This document shows positions 27,212 to 35,728 of a stretch of 64,000 nucleotides of DNA, one piece after another. Below the pieces are notes generated by a model. The model saw only the letters and a program-made list of their open reading frames with translations, was not told the DNA's origin and searched no databases. The DNA lies in the NCBI GenBank assembly GCA_050015075.1, contig JBEKCB010000028.1, forward strand, positions 1 to 64,000, in the 5' to 3' direction. Each line of letters begins with the position of its first letter. Position 1 is the first letter of the stretch. A program made the position numbers and the translations under genes. This stretch comes from Candidatus Brocadiia bacterium. GTDB lineage: Bacteria > Planctomycetota > Brocadiia > CAIUPP01.

Positions 27212-28264
27212 TCAGTCCGCCGTCGCCTTCGAGGCGTCGGCCTGCCTGCGGATCTGGCCGAGGCTGAGGTTCTCTTTCCAGAGGAAGATGAAGCCGACGA
27301 GGATGACGAAGGGGATATTGAGCGCCCAGCTCAGCCAGGAATATCCGACCCAGGCGGCCTGCTGTTCCGGATTCTGCATGCCGATGATGGCCCCGGCGGC
27401 CAGGACGGCGAACTGGTAGATGCCGATGTATCCGGGCAACGGCAGACCCGCGACGCCGAAGGCCACCACCGCGAAGATCAGCAGCGCGACCGGCACGCTC
27501 ATCTCCATGTGCGGGAAGCAGTAGCCCACCAGCAGGAAGAAGAGCACCTGCAGGCTCCAATGCACTACCGAGAGCGCCAGGATGGCCGCCACCTGCCGCC
27601 AACTGCGCAGCGTGTCCAGCTCGCGCAGGAACGTCTGGAGGAATCCTCCGATTCGATCCCGGATCCGCCGCGGAAGCACTCGGAGACACCTCTCAAGAAG
27701 TCCGGTCATCCAGTGCGGTAACAAACGGAGCAGAACGAGGAAGACGACCGCGACCACCAGGATGGCGCCCAGGAAGACTTTGGCGTCGGTCAGGCGTTTC
27801 AGCGTCTCCGCGTTGGCCGCGCTCATGGAGGACGGCCCCAGCCATTGGAGCGCGAGGATCAGGAAAACCACGACGGTGCACACGTCGAAAACGCGCTCAA
27901 GCGCGATACTGGCCAGGGCGGTGGAGGTCCGCAATTCGCCTTTGATGGAAATCACCACCGCGCGAATCAATTCCCCCAGCCGCGAGACGATGCAGTTGGC
28001 CATGAAGCCGATCATTACCGCCGAGAGCAGCGGGCGGTAGCGCGCGGTCTGATCCCGGCCCAGAATCACCTTCCAGCGGAACGCTTTGACCGGATAGACC
28101 AGGAGCCCGGCAAGCACGGCCAGCGGCGCATAGCCCCAATGCGCGGTCTGAAGCGCCATCTTCAGGTCGTGCCAGTTCCCCTTATAATGGAAAGTGACGG
28201 CCATCGCGCCGATGACGACGACGATGGTCAGAAGCACGAGAAACGTATGCCGAGCGTTTTTCAT
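27212..28264 (-). CDS. lysylphosphatidylglycerol synthase TM-like / UPF0104 flippase-like protein
   Basis: RWKVIL, IGFMAN..RLGELIR, ERVFD, PGYIGIYQ; start at 28264 or 28285. Confidence 0.85.
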   Translation of the reverse strand: MKNARHTFLVLLTIVVVIGAMAVTFHYKGNWHDLKMALQTAHWGYAPLAVLAGLLVYPVKAFRWKVILGRDQTARYRPLLSAVMIGFMANCIVSRLGELIRAVVISIKGELRTSTALASIALERVFDVCTVVVFLILALQWLGPSSMSAANAETLKRLTDAKVFLGAILVVAVVFLVLLRLLPHWMTGLLERCLRVLPRRIRDRIGGFLQTFLRELDTLRSWRQVAAILALSVVHWSLQVLFFLLVGYCFPHMEMSVPVALLIFAVVAFGVAGLPLPGYIGIYQFAVLAAGAIIGMQNPEQQAAWVGYSWLSWALNIPFVILVGFIFLWKENLSLGQIRRQADASKATAD

Positions 28265-28281
28265 CTGCGGGAATTCCGATT

Positions 28282-28851
28282 TCAACTCCGGTCGAATTCT
28301 TTGAGCATGCGCCCCAGCAACTCCAGCGGCAAGCCCACCACGTTGCTGAAACTGCCCTCGATGCGCTCGACAAAGCGGTCCGCGGTTTCCTGAATAGCGT
28401 AGGCGCCCGCTTTGCCCATCGCCTCGCCGCTGTCCACGTAGGCTTCGATCTCCGTGTCCGTCATTCGCCGCATGGTCACGCGGGTCTGGTCGGAAGCCAC
28501 CCGGCGGCGGCCCGTTCGGGCGTCCAGCAGGCAGAGTCCGGTCACGACAACATGCGGCGCGCGCGTGAGCCGTTTCAAGATCGCGATGGCGTCCGCCCGG
28601 TCAAGCGGCTTGCCGATGATCCCGTCCTCCGCCGCGACGAGCGTATCCGCGCCCAGAACGACCCCGTCCGTAAGGCGGGCGGCCACGGACTCCGCCTTTC
28701 GAGCCGCGAGCATCTCGGCGGCCTCGACCGCCGGAAGCCCCGGAGGAAGCGCTTCGTCCGCATCGGGACTGACGACCTGGAAAGGCCGCCCCAGGCGTTT
28801 CAGGAGTTCGAGCCGCCGGGGAGAACTGGAGGCGAGGAACAATTCCGGCAT
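28282..28851 (-). CDS. maf: Maf family nucleoside triphosphate pyrophosphatase
   Basis: LASSSPRR, GADTLV, IGKP, KAGAYAIQ, NVVGLP. Confidence 0.93.
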   Translation of the reverse strand: MPELFLASSSPRRLELLKRLGRPFQVVSPDADEALPPGLPAVEAAEMLAARKAESVAARLTDGVVLGADTLVAAEDGIIGKPLDRADAIAILKRLTRAPHVVVTGLCLLDARTGRRRVASDQTRVTMRRMTDTEIEAYVDSGEAMGKAGAYAIQETADRFVERIEGSFSNVVGLPLELLGRMLKEFDRS

Positions 28852-28900
28852 GCCGCTCTCGCGTCGCGCTCCCTCTAGGACTGAAGGCTCGGCCGATTCG

Positions 28901-31111
28901 CTACGGTTTCGGGGCGGCGGCAGCCGGCGCCGCCGGCGGCGCGGCCGCCTGGGTCAACGCGGCCTCGCGTTCTCCCTGCGGGATGGATGCGAGAGCCATG
29001 CCGTGAATCGCGCAGGTCCGCAGCAGTTCGTCCGGATCGCTGATCAGCGCGCGAAGCTGAGCTTGCTGCTGAGGGCTTATGCGCGGGTTCACCACGAGCA
29101 GTTTCAGGAGCGTTGCGCCGGCTTCGTGCCGGAGGTCGGCCGGTTCGCCGGAGGCGACGAAGGTCTCGAAAACCAGGTCCCGGAGCGCCGGCCGGGGCAG
29201 ATTGGCGATAGCTCGAAGGGCCAGAATCCGCATGTCGGTCGGCTGGTTCGTCAGGAAACCGGCTGTCGCGATACTGAGGTCCGGCGTCGGGTACCGGGTG
29301 GCCGGCGGCAGAACCGCCACGGCCTGGAGAATGCGGCGCACCAGGGCGACATTCTCGCGGACGTCCTCTGCGGCGAGGGTGCCGCGCGCGGAAGCGGCCG
29401 CGTTGGAGATGGCCACGTCGACCTGCGCCGGATCGGCGTTCAGGGCCATGACGCCGGCCACGCGCCCCTTGCTGTCGGCGCGAATTTTTTCGACCTCGCC
29501 GGAGGCTGCGAGCAGGATGATCGGCAGCTTGGACGACCGGACGTCCGCGTGCAGAGAATTTACCACGGCCATGGTCTTGTTCCCTTCGACGCGCACGTCC
29601 ATGACCAGAACGCTGAGAGGCGAGGCGGTTTCCTTGGCGCGCCGCACGGCGTCGCCGGTCACCTTCTGCATTTCGAAAATCACGTCGGCTTCGTGCACCG
29701 CCTTGGCCAGGCGCTGGAACAGGTCTGCGTCGGCGGTGAGGATGGCCGTTCGGGGCCGCACGGGCGCGCCGAGCGCCGCCGCAATCACCCGCACGGTCTC
29801 CTCGGCTCCGCCCAGTTCGCCCATCGGACTCAACTGGATGAGCGCCAGGGCCGCTTCGATTCTCACGAACTTGTCCGGATAAGTCATGGCGGTGACCAGC
29901 GTGTTCTCGTGCGGCGGACGCGGATCGCCGACGCTCGCGAGCGCTTCAACGCAACGGCGCGCCAGCGGCTGGTTGCTGTCCTGGAGCGCGCGGCCGAGGG
30001 CCAGGTAGAGGTACTCCGCGCCGAGGGATTCGTTCGCCGTCTTTATGGCCTGCGGGTCCGGGGCCTTGTCTTTCAAAGCGGCGGATTCTTCGAGCATCAT
30101 GTAGTTGTTGCAGACGTACAGCTCGAGCAGGCTGGGCGAGGAGTGTTTCTGCTGCATTCCGGTCAAGACCGCCTCTGCGGCCATCAGGCGGGGATAAGCC
30201 GCGGCGGACACGGGCTCGAAAACCAGGCGTTCCGCGTAGGTCTTGCCGTCAGGATTCCAGCGCCAGATGCCTCGAGCGGCATCGGAGGTCAGCTCGAGCA
30301 GCCGGGGATCCGCATAGTAATAACGCTGGGCCAGGCTGAAGTAAGCGTCCGCCGCGTTCAGTTGCGCGGCCCGGGCGGGATCGGAAATGATGGCGGCCAG
30401 CGCATCGGAGGCGGCCTTTCTCACGTTTTCGGGGCGAGCGGGATTTCCCGCGATGGCGGCGAGCGGAGCCGCCGCGCGCGCGTCGAGGTTCTTTGCGATC
30501 AGGGTTGCCAGGGTGTCGGCGTCGCTGTCGCCGGCATAACGAAGAGCGACGATCAGCGGAGGCGTGGCCGCCGTGCCCATGGAGCGCAGGGCGGTGAATG
30601 CGGCGAGCTTTCGGCTTCCGGTGGTCATGCGCTCATTGCTAAGCGCTTCGTCGAGCAATTCCGGGACGGCAAAGGCGCCGATGGCCGTCAACTGTCGCAT
30701 GGCGCCCCAGTGCACCGTAATGTCGTCGGAGGTGGCCTTCTCGATCAGGGCCTTGATGGTCGCGGGGTCGTGGGGCAAGTTGGCGGCCTCTTCCTCCGAC
30801 TTGCGCAGGAGGATGCGGATCTTGGCGCCGACTTTCGGCTCCTGGATCATTTTGATGAGGAGCCCCATGTCCGCCTTCTGGCGCAAGTCCATCGCCTCAC
30901 GCGAAGAGGGATTCATCTGCAGAAGCTTGTCCAGCTCTGCGGCGGCCTTGTCGTACTGGCCGTCATTGTAGAACTTGAGGGCGGCGTCGAACTGCTGCTG
31001 CAACTCCGGCCGGTTGGCCTTTTCCTGGGCCGAGGCCGGTATCCAGGATCCGATGCCGAACGACGCCACGACCAAGCAGCACACCACCAGGAGCCTTCGA
31101 CTGGAGCGCAT
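28901..31111 (-). CDS. exported TPR/HEAT-repeat protein with an internal receiver-like fold
   Basis: Signal peptide ending ASA-Q; TPR then HEAT helices; VLVMDVRV...LPIILL segment; AAGGAGG RBS. Confidence 0.75.
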   Translation of the reverse strand: MRSSRRLLVVCCLVVASFGIGSWIPASAQEKANRPELQQQFDAALKFYNDGQYDKAAAELDKLLQMNPSSREAMDLRQKADMGLLIKMIQEPKVGAKIRILLRKSEEEAANLPHDPATIKALIEKATSDDITVHWGAMRQLTAIGAFAVPELLDEALSNERMTTGSRKLAAFTALRSMGTAATPPLIVALRYAGDSDADTLATLIAKNLDARAAAPLAAIAGNPARPENVRKAASDALAAIISDPARAAQLNAADAYFSLAQRYYYADPRLLELTSDAARGIWRWNPDGKTYAERLVFEPVSAAAYPRLMAAEAVLTGMQQKHSSPSLLELYVCNNYMMLEESAALKDKAPDPQAIKTANESLGAEYLYLALGRALQDSNQPLARRCVEALASVGDPRPPHENTLVTAMTYPDKFVRIEAALALIQLSPMGELGGAEETVRVIAAALGAPVRPRTAILTADADLFQRLAKAVHEADVIFEMQKVTGDAVRRAKETASPLSVLVMDVRVEGNKTMAVVNSLHADVRSSKLPIILLAASGEVEKIRADSKGRVAGVMALNADPAQVDVAISNAAASARGTLAAEDVRENVALVRRILQAVAVLPPATRYPTPDLSIATAGFLTNQPTDMRILALRAIANLPRPALRDLVFETFVASGEPADLRHEAGATLLKLLVVNPRISPQQQAQLRALISDPDELLRTCAIHGMALASIPQGEREAALTQAAAPPAAPAAAAPKP

Positions 31112-31181
31112 GCGTTTGTTCCTCCTTGTTTGCCGCGCACCCTTCGCGCACAGATTCCCGGGCATCCGATCCGCGGGAGAC

Positions 31182-32459
31182 TCACTCTCCGCGGACCAGG
31201 TCCCGATAACTCTCTCGCTTGCGGATCCGCTGCGTTTTCCCGCTGTTAACCAGCACTTCGGCCGCCCGCGGCCGGGAATTGTAAGTTGAACTCATCGCCA
31301 TGCCGTAGGCCCCGGCGCCGAAAATCGCAACCAGGTCGCCGCTTTTCACGGGCGGCAGGCGCCGGTCCCGCCCAAGGCAGTCGCTAGTCTCGCATATCGG
31401 GCCGACAATGTCCATCGTTTCAAGCCCGGTTTCCGCAGCGCCCCGGCCGGGAGCGCCGAGCAGGGGAGCCACCGGCCCGCGGACCGGCCAGATGTGGTGA
31501 TAAGCTCCGTACAGCGCGGGACGGATGAGGTCGTTCATCGCGGCGTCAATAATGACGAACTTCCGGCCCGCCCAACCTTCTTTCACATAGATGACGCGGC
31601 TGAGCAGCACGGCCGAATTCCCGACGATGAACCGGCCCGGCTCGATGATCAACTGCATCCCCAGTTCCCGCGCGACCGGAAGGATTACCGCGGCGTAGTC
31701 GGCCGGCCGGATGACCTTGCGCCCGTCGTAGGAAATGCAGAAGCCGCCGCCCATGTTGAGCGTGCGCGGCCGGGCGCCCAGTTCGCGCACTTCGCGGATG
31801 AACCGCCGGACCTTCACGAGCGCGCGACGGACCGGCGCCACGGAGTAGAGCGGCGAACCGAGATGCACGTGGACGCCTGCAATCTCGAGATGGGAATACC
31901 GCGCCCGGTCCGCAAAAAGTCCTCGCGCCATCGGCAGGTCAATGCCGAACTTGTCCTCCTTGCGGCCCGTGGAGGTTTTGGTGTGGGTCCGCGCATCCAC
32001 GTTGGGGTTCAGCCGCAGCGCCACTTTGGCCCTGCAGCCTGTGCGCGCTGCGACCGCGTCAATGGCGGACAACTCCGCTTCCGATTCGACGTTGAACATG
32101 TAAATACCGGCGCGCAGGGCTGCCGCGATTTCGTCCGGCGTTTTCCCCACGCCGGCGAACACGATCTTCGACGGCGCGCCGCCGGCTTTCAGGACGCGGA
32201 ACAACTCGCCGCCGGAGACGATGTCGAAACCCGCGTTCGCCCGCGCCAGCAGGCGAAGGATGGAAGAATTGCTGTTGGCCTTGACGGAATAGCAGATCAA
32301 GGGGCGCGCGGAGCGGAACGCCTGCCGCAAGTCCTTGAGCCGCTGCGCCAGCGCAGACCGGCTGTAGACGTAGAGCGGCGTTCCGTAGCGGGCGGCCAAT
32401 AATGCGGCGGGCACGTCCTCGCAGTGGAGCTCGCCGTGGCTGTACCGAAAACCATCCAT
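31182..32459 (-). CDS. lysA: diaminopimelate decarboxylase
   Basis: GTPLYVYS, YSVKAN, FDIVSGGEL, HVHLGS, EPGR, VGPICETSD, GAYG, YNSRP. Confidence 0.95.
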   Translation of the reverse strand: MDGFRYSHGELHCEDVPAALLAARYGTPLYVYSRSALAQRLKDLRQAFRSARPLICYSVKANSNSSILRLLARANAGFDIVSGGELFRVLKAGGAPSKIVFAGVGKTPDEIAAALRAGIYMFNVESEAELSAIDAVAARTGCRAKVALRLNPNVDARTHTKTSTGRKEDKFGIDLPMARGLFADRARYSHLEIAGVHVHLGSPLYSVAPVRRALVKVRRFIREVRELGARPRTLNMGGGFCISYDGRKVIRPADYAAVILPVARELGMQLIIEPGRFIVGNSAVLLSRVIYVKEGWAGRKFVIIDAAMNDLIRPALYGAYHHIWPVRGPVAPLLGAPGRGAAETGLETMDIVGPICETSDCLGRDRRLPPVKSGDLVAIFGAGAYGMAMSSTYNSRPRAAEVLVNSGKTQRIRKRESYRDLVRGE

Positions 32460-32556
32460 GTTCACGCTGTTCTCGCGGATCGTCTTGAGCGATCGGGGCA
32501 TCGCCCCTTCGGCAAGCCCAGAGCGGCGGGCCGCGTCGAACCACATAGAAGGCAAG

Positions 32557-32586
32557 AGTATAAGGTGCCCTTCGAAGGGCTGTCAA
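32557..32586 (-). promoter_or_regulatory. lysA promoter TTGACA-N18-TATACT with a 14-bp palindrome GCCCTTCGAAGGGC in the spacer
   Basis: Read directly from the minus strand. Confidence 0.6.
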
Positions 32587-32658
32587 GCGGAAAATTGGTC
32601 ACCGGCCTGCGAACTCCGCCGCTAAGGGACCGGGCCGCCCGAAAGTGACCGTCGCGCG

Positions 32659-32687
32659 TTGACAAGTCCGGCTTCTCCAACTATACT
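32659..32687 (+). promoter_or_regulatory. sigma70-type promoter TTGACA-N17-TATACT
   Basis: Almost perfect consensus, 35 nt upstream of the 32722 ATG. Confidence 0.7.
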
Positions 32688-32721
32688 CGCCACAAAGGTT
32701 GCCCGTGTAAAAGAGAAGCCA

Positions 32722-33855
32722 ATGGCCAGCCGACCGGAAATTCCTGAACGGACTCCCATCGACAAGGTCGAGGTCGAGTACGAGCGCGCCTCGGGGGCCT
32801 CGAAGGCGCGGAGACCCGGCTTCACCCGCGTGCGGCTCCTGGCGATCAGCCAGACTGAGATCGAACTGGCCACGCGCGAGGCCATACCGATCGGTGAGAA
32901 GCTCAACTTCACTCTGGACGTCAAGGGCGTGAAGAACTTCGTGAGGGCCGCGGGCGAAATCAAGAAGAGGACGGTTCAAATCTCCGTTCTGAAGCAACCG
33001 GCGTTCTCCGTCACGGTTCAGATCGGGAAGCTCACCAGCGACCAGACGGCCAAGATGGCATGGGCCGAAGAGCAATTGATGCCGCGGCAGCGAATGGCGC
33101 CGCGGCGACGGGAAGAGGAGCCACCCGCCGCTGCCGCCCCGGCTGCGGCCGGCCAACCTGCACCGCCGGCGGCGGCGACGGCCGTCGCCGAGGGACCGGC
33201 CCCGGTGGAAACCGTCCCGGCCGCGGATGAAACAGCCCCGGGCGTCAACCGGCCCGTCGCATTGCTCCAGTTGCTCGAGGCGCTCGACAAGTTCGAAGTG
33301 AACGATGACCTGGTCATGGCCATCGTGGAAGCGGCGGAGGCGGGGCTGGACGTCGAAACGCTCTATGCGGCGAAGACGGAAGAACTCATCGAGGAGTCCG
33401 AGGAATCGTCTGTCGCGGATGTGGTCATGCCGTCGGACGGCATCGTCCGGCCGATGAACGTCTATCGCTTCGCCGACAACACGCGGCTGTATTTCTCCGA
33501 GGCGAATGCGGTCATCGGCCCGCCCTCGGGGCTTGTTTATCTTTCCCGGATTCAGACGCCGCAAACCTGCTTTGCGCTCGAACTGGGATCGGACAGCATG
33601 ATGAATGCCGCCGGCGGGCGGAGCTTCAAGCCGGGGAGCATCCTGATTTTCTCGAGCGACGCCAAGGTGGAAAACGGCGACTTTGCCTACGTCAAGACGC
33701 GCATGGGCGACGAATTCGCCCAGGTCTTCATGGAAAAGAACGAGGACTTGCGGCTTCGCCCGCTGAATCCTCAATACCGCGAACACCTGGCGCGCCGCAC
33801 TGAAATCCAGATCGTGTGCAAGCTGGTCGGCTGGTACGAGGACCTGACCGGCTGA
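32722..33855 (+). CDS. degenerate PilZ-like domain + LexA/S24 peptidase-like domain protein
   Basis: C-terminal FALELGSDSM..PGSILIF..ENGDF..LRPLNPQY..IVCKLV; N-terminal PilZ-like beta pattern. Confidence 0.75.
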   Translation: MASRPEIPERTPIDKVEVEYERASGASKARRPGFTRVRLLAISQTEIELATREAIPIGEKLNFTLDVKGVKNFVRAAGEIKKRTVQISVLKQPAFSVTVQIGKLTSDQTAKMAWAEEQLMPRQRMAPRRREEEPPAAAAPAAAGQPAPPAAATAVAEGPAPVETVPAADETAPGVNRPVALLQLLEALDKFEVNDDLVMAIVEAAEAGLDVETLYAAKTEELIEESEESSVADVVMPSDGIVRPMNVYRFADNTRLYFSEANAVIGPPSGLVYLSRIQTPQTCFALELGSDSMMNAAGGRSFKPGSILIFSSDAKVENGDFAYVKTRMGDEFAQVFMEKNEDLRLRPLNPQYREHLARRTEIQIVCKLVGWYEDLTG

Positions 33856-33875
33856 TTGCTCAAGGAGGCGAGGAC

Positions 33876-34145
33876 ATGGCAGAGGCCGAAAACCGCGAAA
33901 AGGTCATGTTGCTCACGGAGAGCTTCCGCATTCTGGGGCAAATGCGCCTGGGCCCCGACGGAACGATCTGGGACTTCAAGCATCGCGCCAGCGAAGGCTT
34001 TGCCACGGTCTACGATGCCCAATGTTTCCGCCACAGCGACGGCAAGCGCATGTACGATGCCACCGTCGTCGAGGTGAGCCGTCACGCGGTGGTGGCCGTC
34101 TTCCGGCAGCAGGATATCGCCTTCATCAGAAAGGAACCGACATGA
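33876..34145 (+). CDS. small beta-rich hypothetical protein (DUF6812-like)
   Basis: KVMLLTESFRILGQMRL..FATVYDA pattern; AAGGAGG RBS. Confidence 0.7.
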   Translation: MAEAENREKVMLLTESFRILGQMRLGPDGTIWDFKHRASEGFATVYDAQCFRHSDGKRMYDATVVEVSRHAVVAVFRQQDIAFIRKEPT

Positions 34146-34651
34146 GCGTCCGGGAATTTCTCGCGGAACACGCGACGGCGAGCCGGGCGGCGCTGGTTTC
34201 GACGGTCCTGTTCGTCTTCGGGTCGGTCATCGGCTGCAGCAGCTCGGTGAGCGATCAAGATATTGAACGGGGCATTGACCATCCCGGCAGGGAGGCAGCC
34301 ACGATCGCCGAGGCCCGCGCAATTGACATCGGCGATGAAATCAACCGGCTGAAGCAACAGCAGGATGACCTCGAAGGGAAGCGATCGGACAGCCTGAAGC
34401 TGGCCGCCTCCTATCGAACCAAGTCGGCCTCAGTCTGGTCCGACCCGTCGGTGTCCGAAGGGCAGCGTCCCGCCCTGGCGGACCAGTTCAACACGCTGGC
34501 CGACGAGAACGAGGGGAAGGCGTATCGCTACGGACAGATTGCCGACGCGTGCGCCTCGCGCATCAACCTGCTCGAATCCCGACGTCACGATCAATTGCGC
34601 CGGGCGGAAAATTATCAAAGCATGGGCGTCCCGTCGCCGGAAGCGGAATAA
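34142..34651 (+). CDS. hypothetical coiled-coil lipoprotein
   Basis: Hydrophobic stretch with lipobox VIGC; heptad-like helices; ATGA coupling to the upstream gene. Confidence 0.7.
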   Translation: MSVREFLAEHATASRAALVSTVLFVFGSVIGCSSSVSDQDIERGIDHPGREAATIAEARAIDIGDEINRLKQQQDDLEGKRSDSLKLAASYRTKSASVWSDPSVSEGQRPALADQFNTLADENEGKAYRYGQIADACASRINLLESRRHDQLRRAENYQSMGVPSPEAE

Positions 34652-34696
34652 ACCGGAATGCGGGCCGACGAGGCGCGTGCGGGGTGCCGACTTTTC

Positions 34697-35038
34697 ATGA
34701 CGACCAATCCGGTTTCGCCGGCGCGGTGGTTCCCGCCGGACGAGTTCTATACCGCCGACCTGTGCCTGCGCTGCGGCGTGTGCTGCGGATCCACCGACGG
34801 GCACCCGTGCGAACACCTGCGGCGCGACGCGGACGGGCGCTACTCCTGCGAGATCTACGAGACCCGGCTGGGATATCACCGGACGGTGGACGGTCGTGCC
34901 TTCATCTGCGTGCAGATTCGAAAAGTGATCGAGACCACCGGCGGTTACGCCGCCTGCGGGTACGTGGCGGAGATCCGGCGCGCGCGCAAGGAGCTGGGGC
35001 AGAAATCTTCCGACGTGGGGCGGCGGACGAAACCGTGA
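34697..35038 (+). CDS. CxxCxxCC cysteine-cluster protein (YkgJ-like, putative Fe-S/Zn)
   Basis: CLRCGVCC..PCEHL..CEIYETR..C..CGY. Confidence 0.75.
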   Translation: MTTNPVSPARWFPPDEFYTADLCLRCGVCCGSTDGHPCEHLRRDADGRYSCEIYETRLGYHRTVDGRAFICVQIRKVIETTGGYAACGYVAEIRRARKELGQKSSDVGRRTKP

Positions 35039-35101
35039 ACCGGGCTTGGCGGGCGTGACTGGAGTCGGCGGGCGATTCTTTGGCACGCGTTGCGACCGGC
35101 T

Positions 35102-35728
35102 TCAGCGCCTCTTCGCGAGCCGTTCCTTGACCTTCCTCATGACGATGAACTCGTCGCGCTCGCGCTCCTCCAACGCATCGGTAATGAACCGCAGCGTCTC
35201 GACGTAGGCCGGGATGAAAATCTTTTCGAGCGCGTTGACGCGGCGCTGCGTCTTTCGAACCTCGCGGGCCAGCCGGAAGACGGCGTTCTGGATTTCCGCC
35301 AGGCGGTCTATGCTCTCCATGGCGCCGGCGAAAGCCGCCGTGACTTCGTCCAGCGTGGTGTTCCCGGCCATCAGGCTGGTCGCGGGGCCGGCGGCGGGAT
35401 GGTCGGCCGAAATGGTCGGCAGATAAATGCCCATCAGCGCGCGGGTCGAGACCGCGGCGGAATGCTCGGGGCGCGGCGCGTCCGCGTCCGAGGTCAGCCG
35501 CAGCGCGCCGTTCCGGATCAGCGCCTCGCGGAGCGCCCCGAAAGCCGCATCCAGTTTCTCCTGGACTTCCTTCTGAATGTTTTTGGTCTTCTGGACCGTC
35601 CCCATCAGCTCGAGGATGAGGATCTGGCGCTTCTCCTCGAGCATCTCGTATCCTTCGCGGGCGAAGCGCAGGTCGCGCTTCAGGCGCAGCAGGCTCGATT
35701 TGGTGGGCGGAACGTCCAGCTTCGCCAT
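35102..35728 (-). CDS. atpD: V/A-type ATPase subunit D
   Basis: PTKSSLLRLK, GYEMLEEKR, KTQRRVNALE, LEERERDEF. Confidence 0.95.
   Translation of the reverse strand: MAKLDVPPTKSSLLRLKRDLRFAREGYEMLEEKRQILILELMGTVQKTKNIQKEVQEKLDAAFGALREALIRNGALRLTSDADAPRPEHSAAVSTRALMGIYLPTISADHPAAGPATSLMAGNTTLDEVTAAFAGAMESIDRLAEIQNAVFRLAREVRKTQRRVNALEKIFIPAYVETLRFITDALEERERDEFIVMRKVKERLAKRR

Noticed and set aside
28454-31249. 931-aa plus-strand ORF, and similar long ORFs at 48106-50922 (+), 12965-15352 (-), 9968-12022 (-), 35746-37629 (+), 40273-42243 (+), 44632-46524 (-), 54540-56408 (+), 61039-62742 (-)
   Set aside because: Antisense shadows of well-supported genes in high-GC DNA; Arg/Gly/Ala-rich with no motifs.
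35081-35095. TGGCAC-GCG-TTGC as a sigma54 site
   Set aside because: Spacing is N3 rather than N5, and it lies between convergent gene ends.
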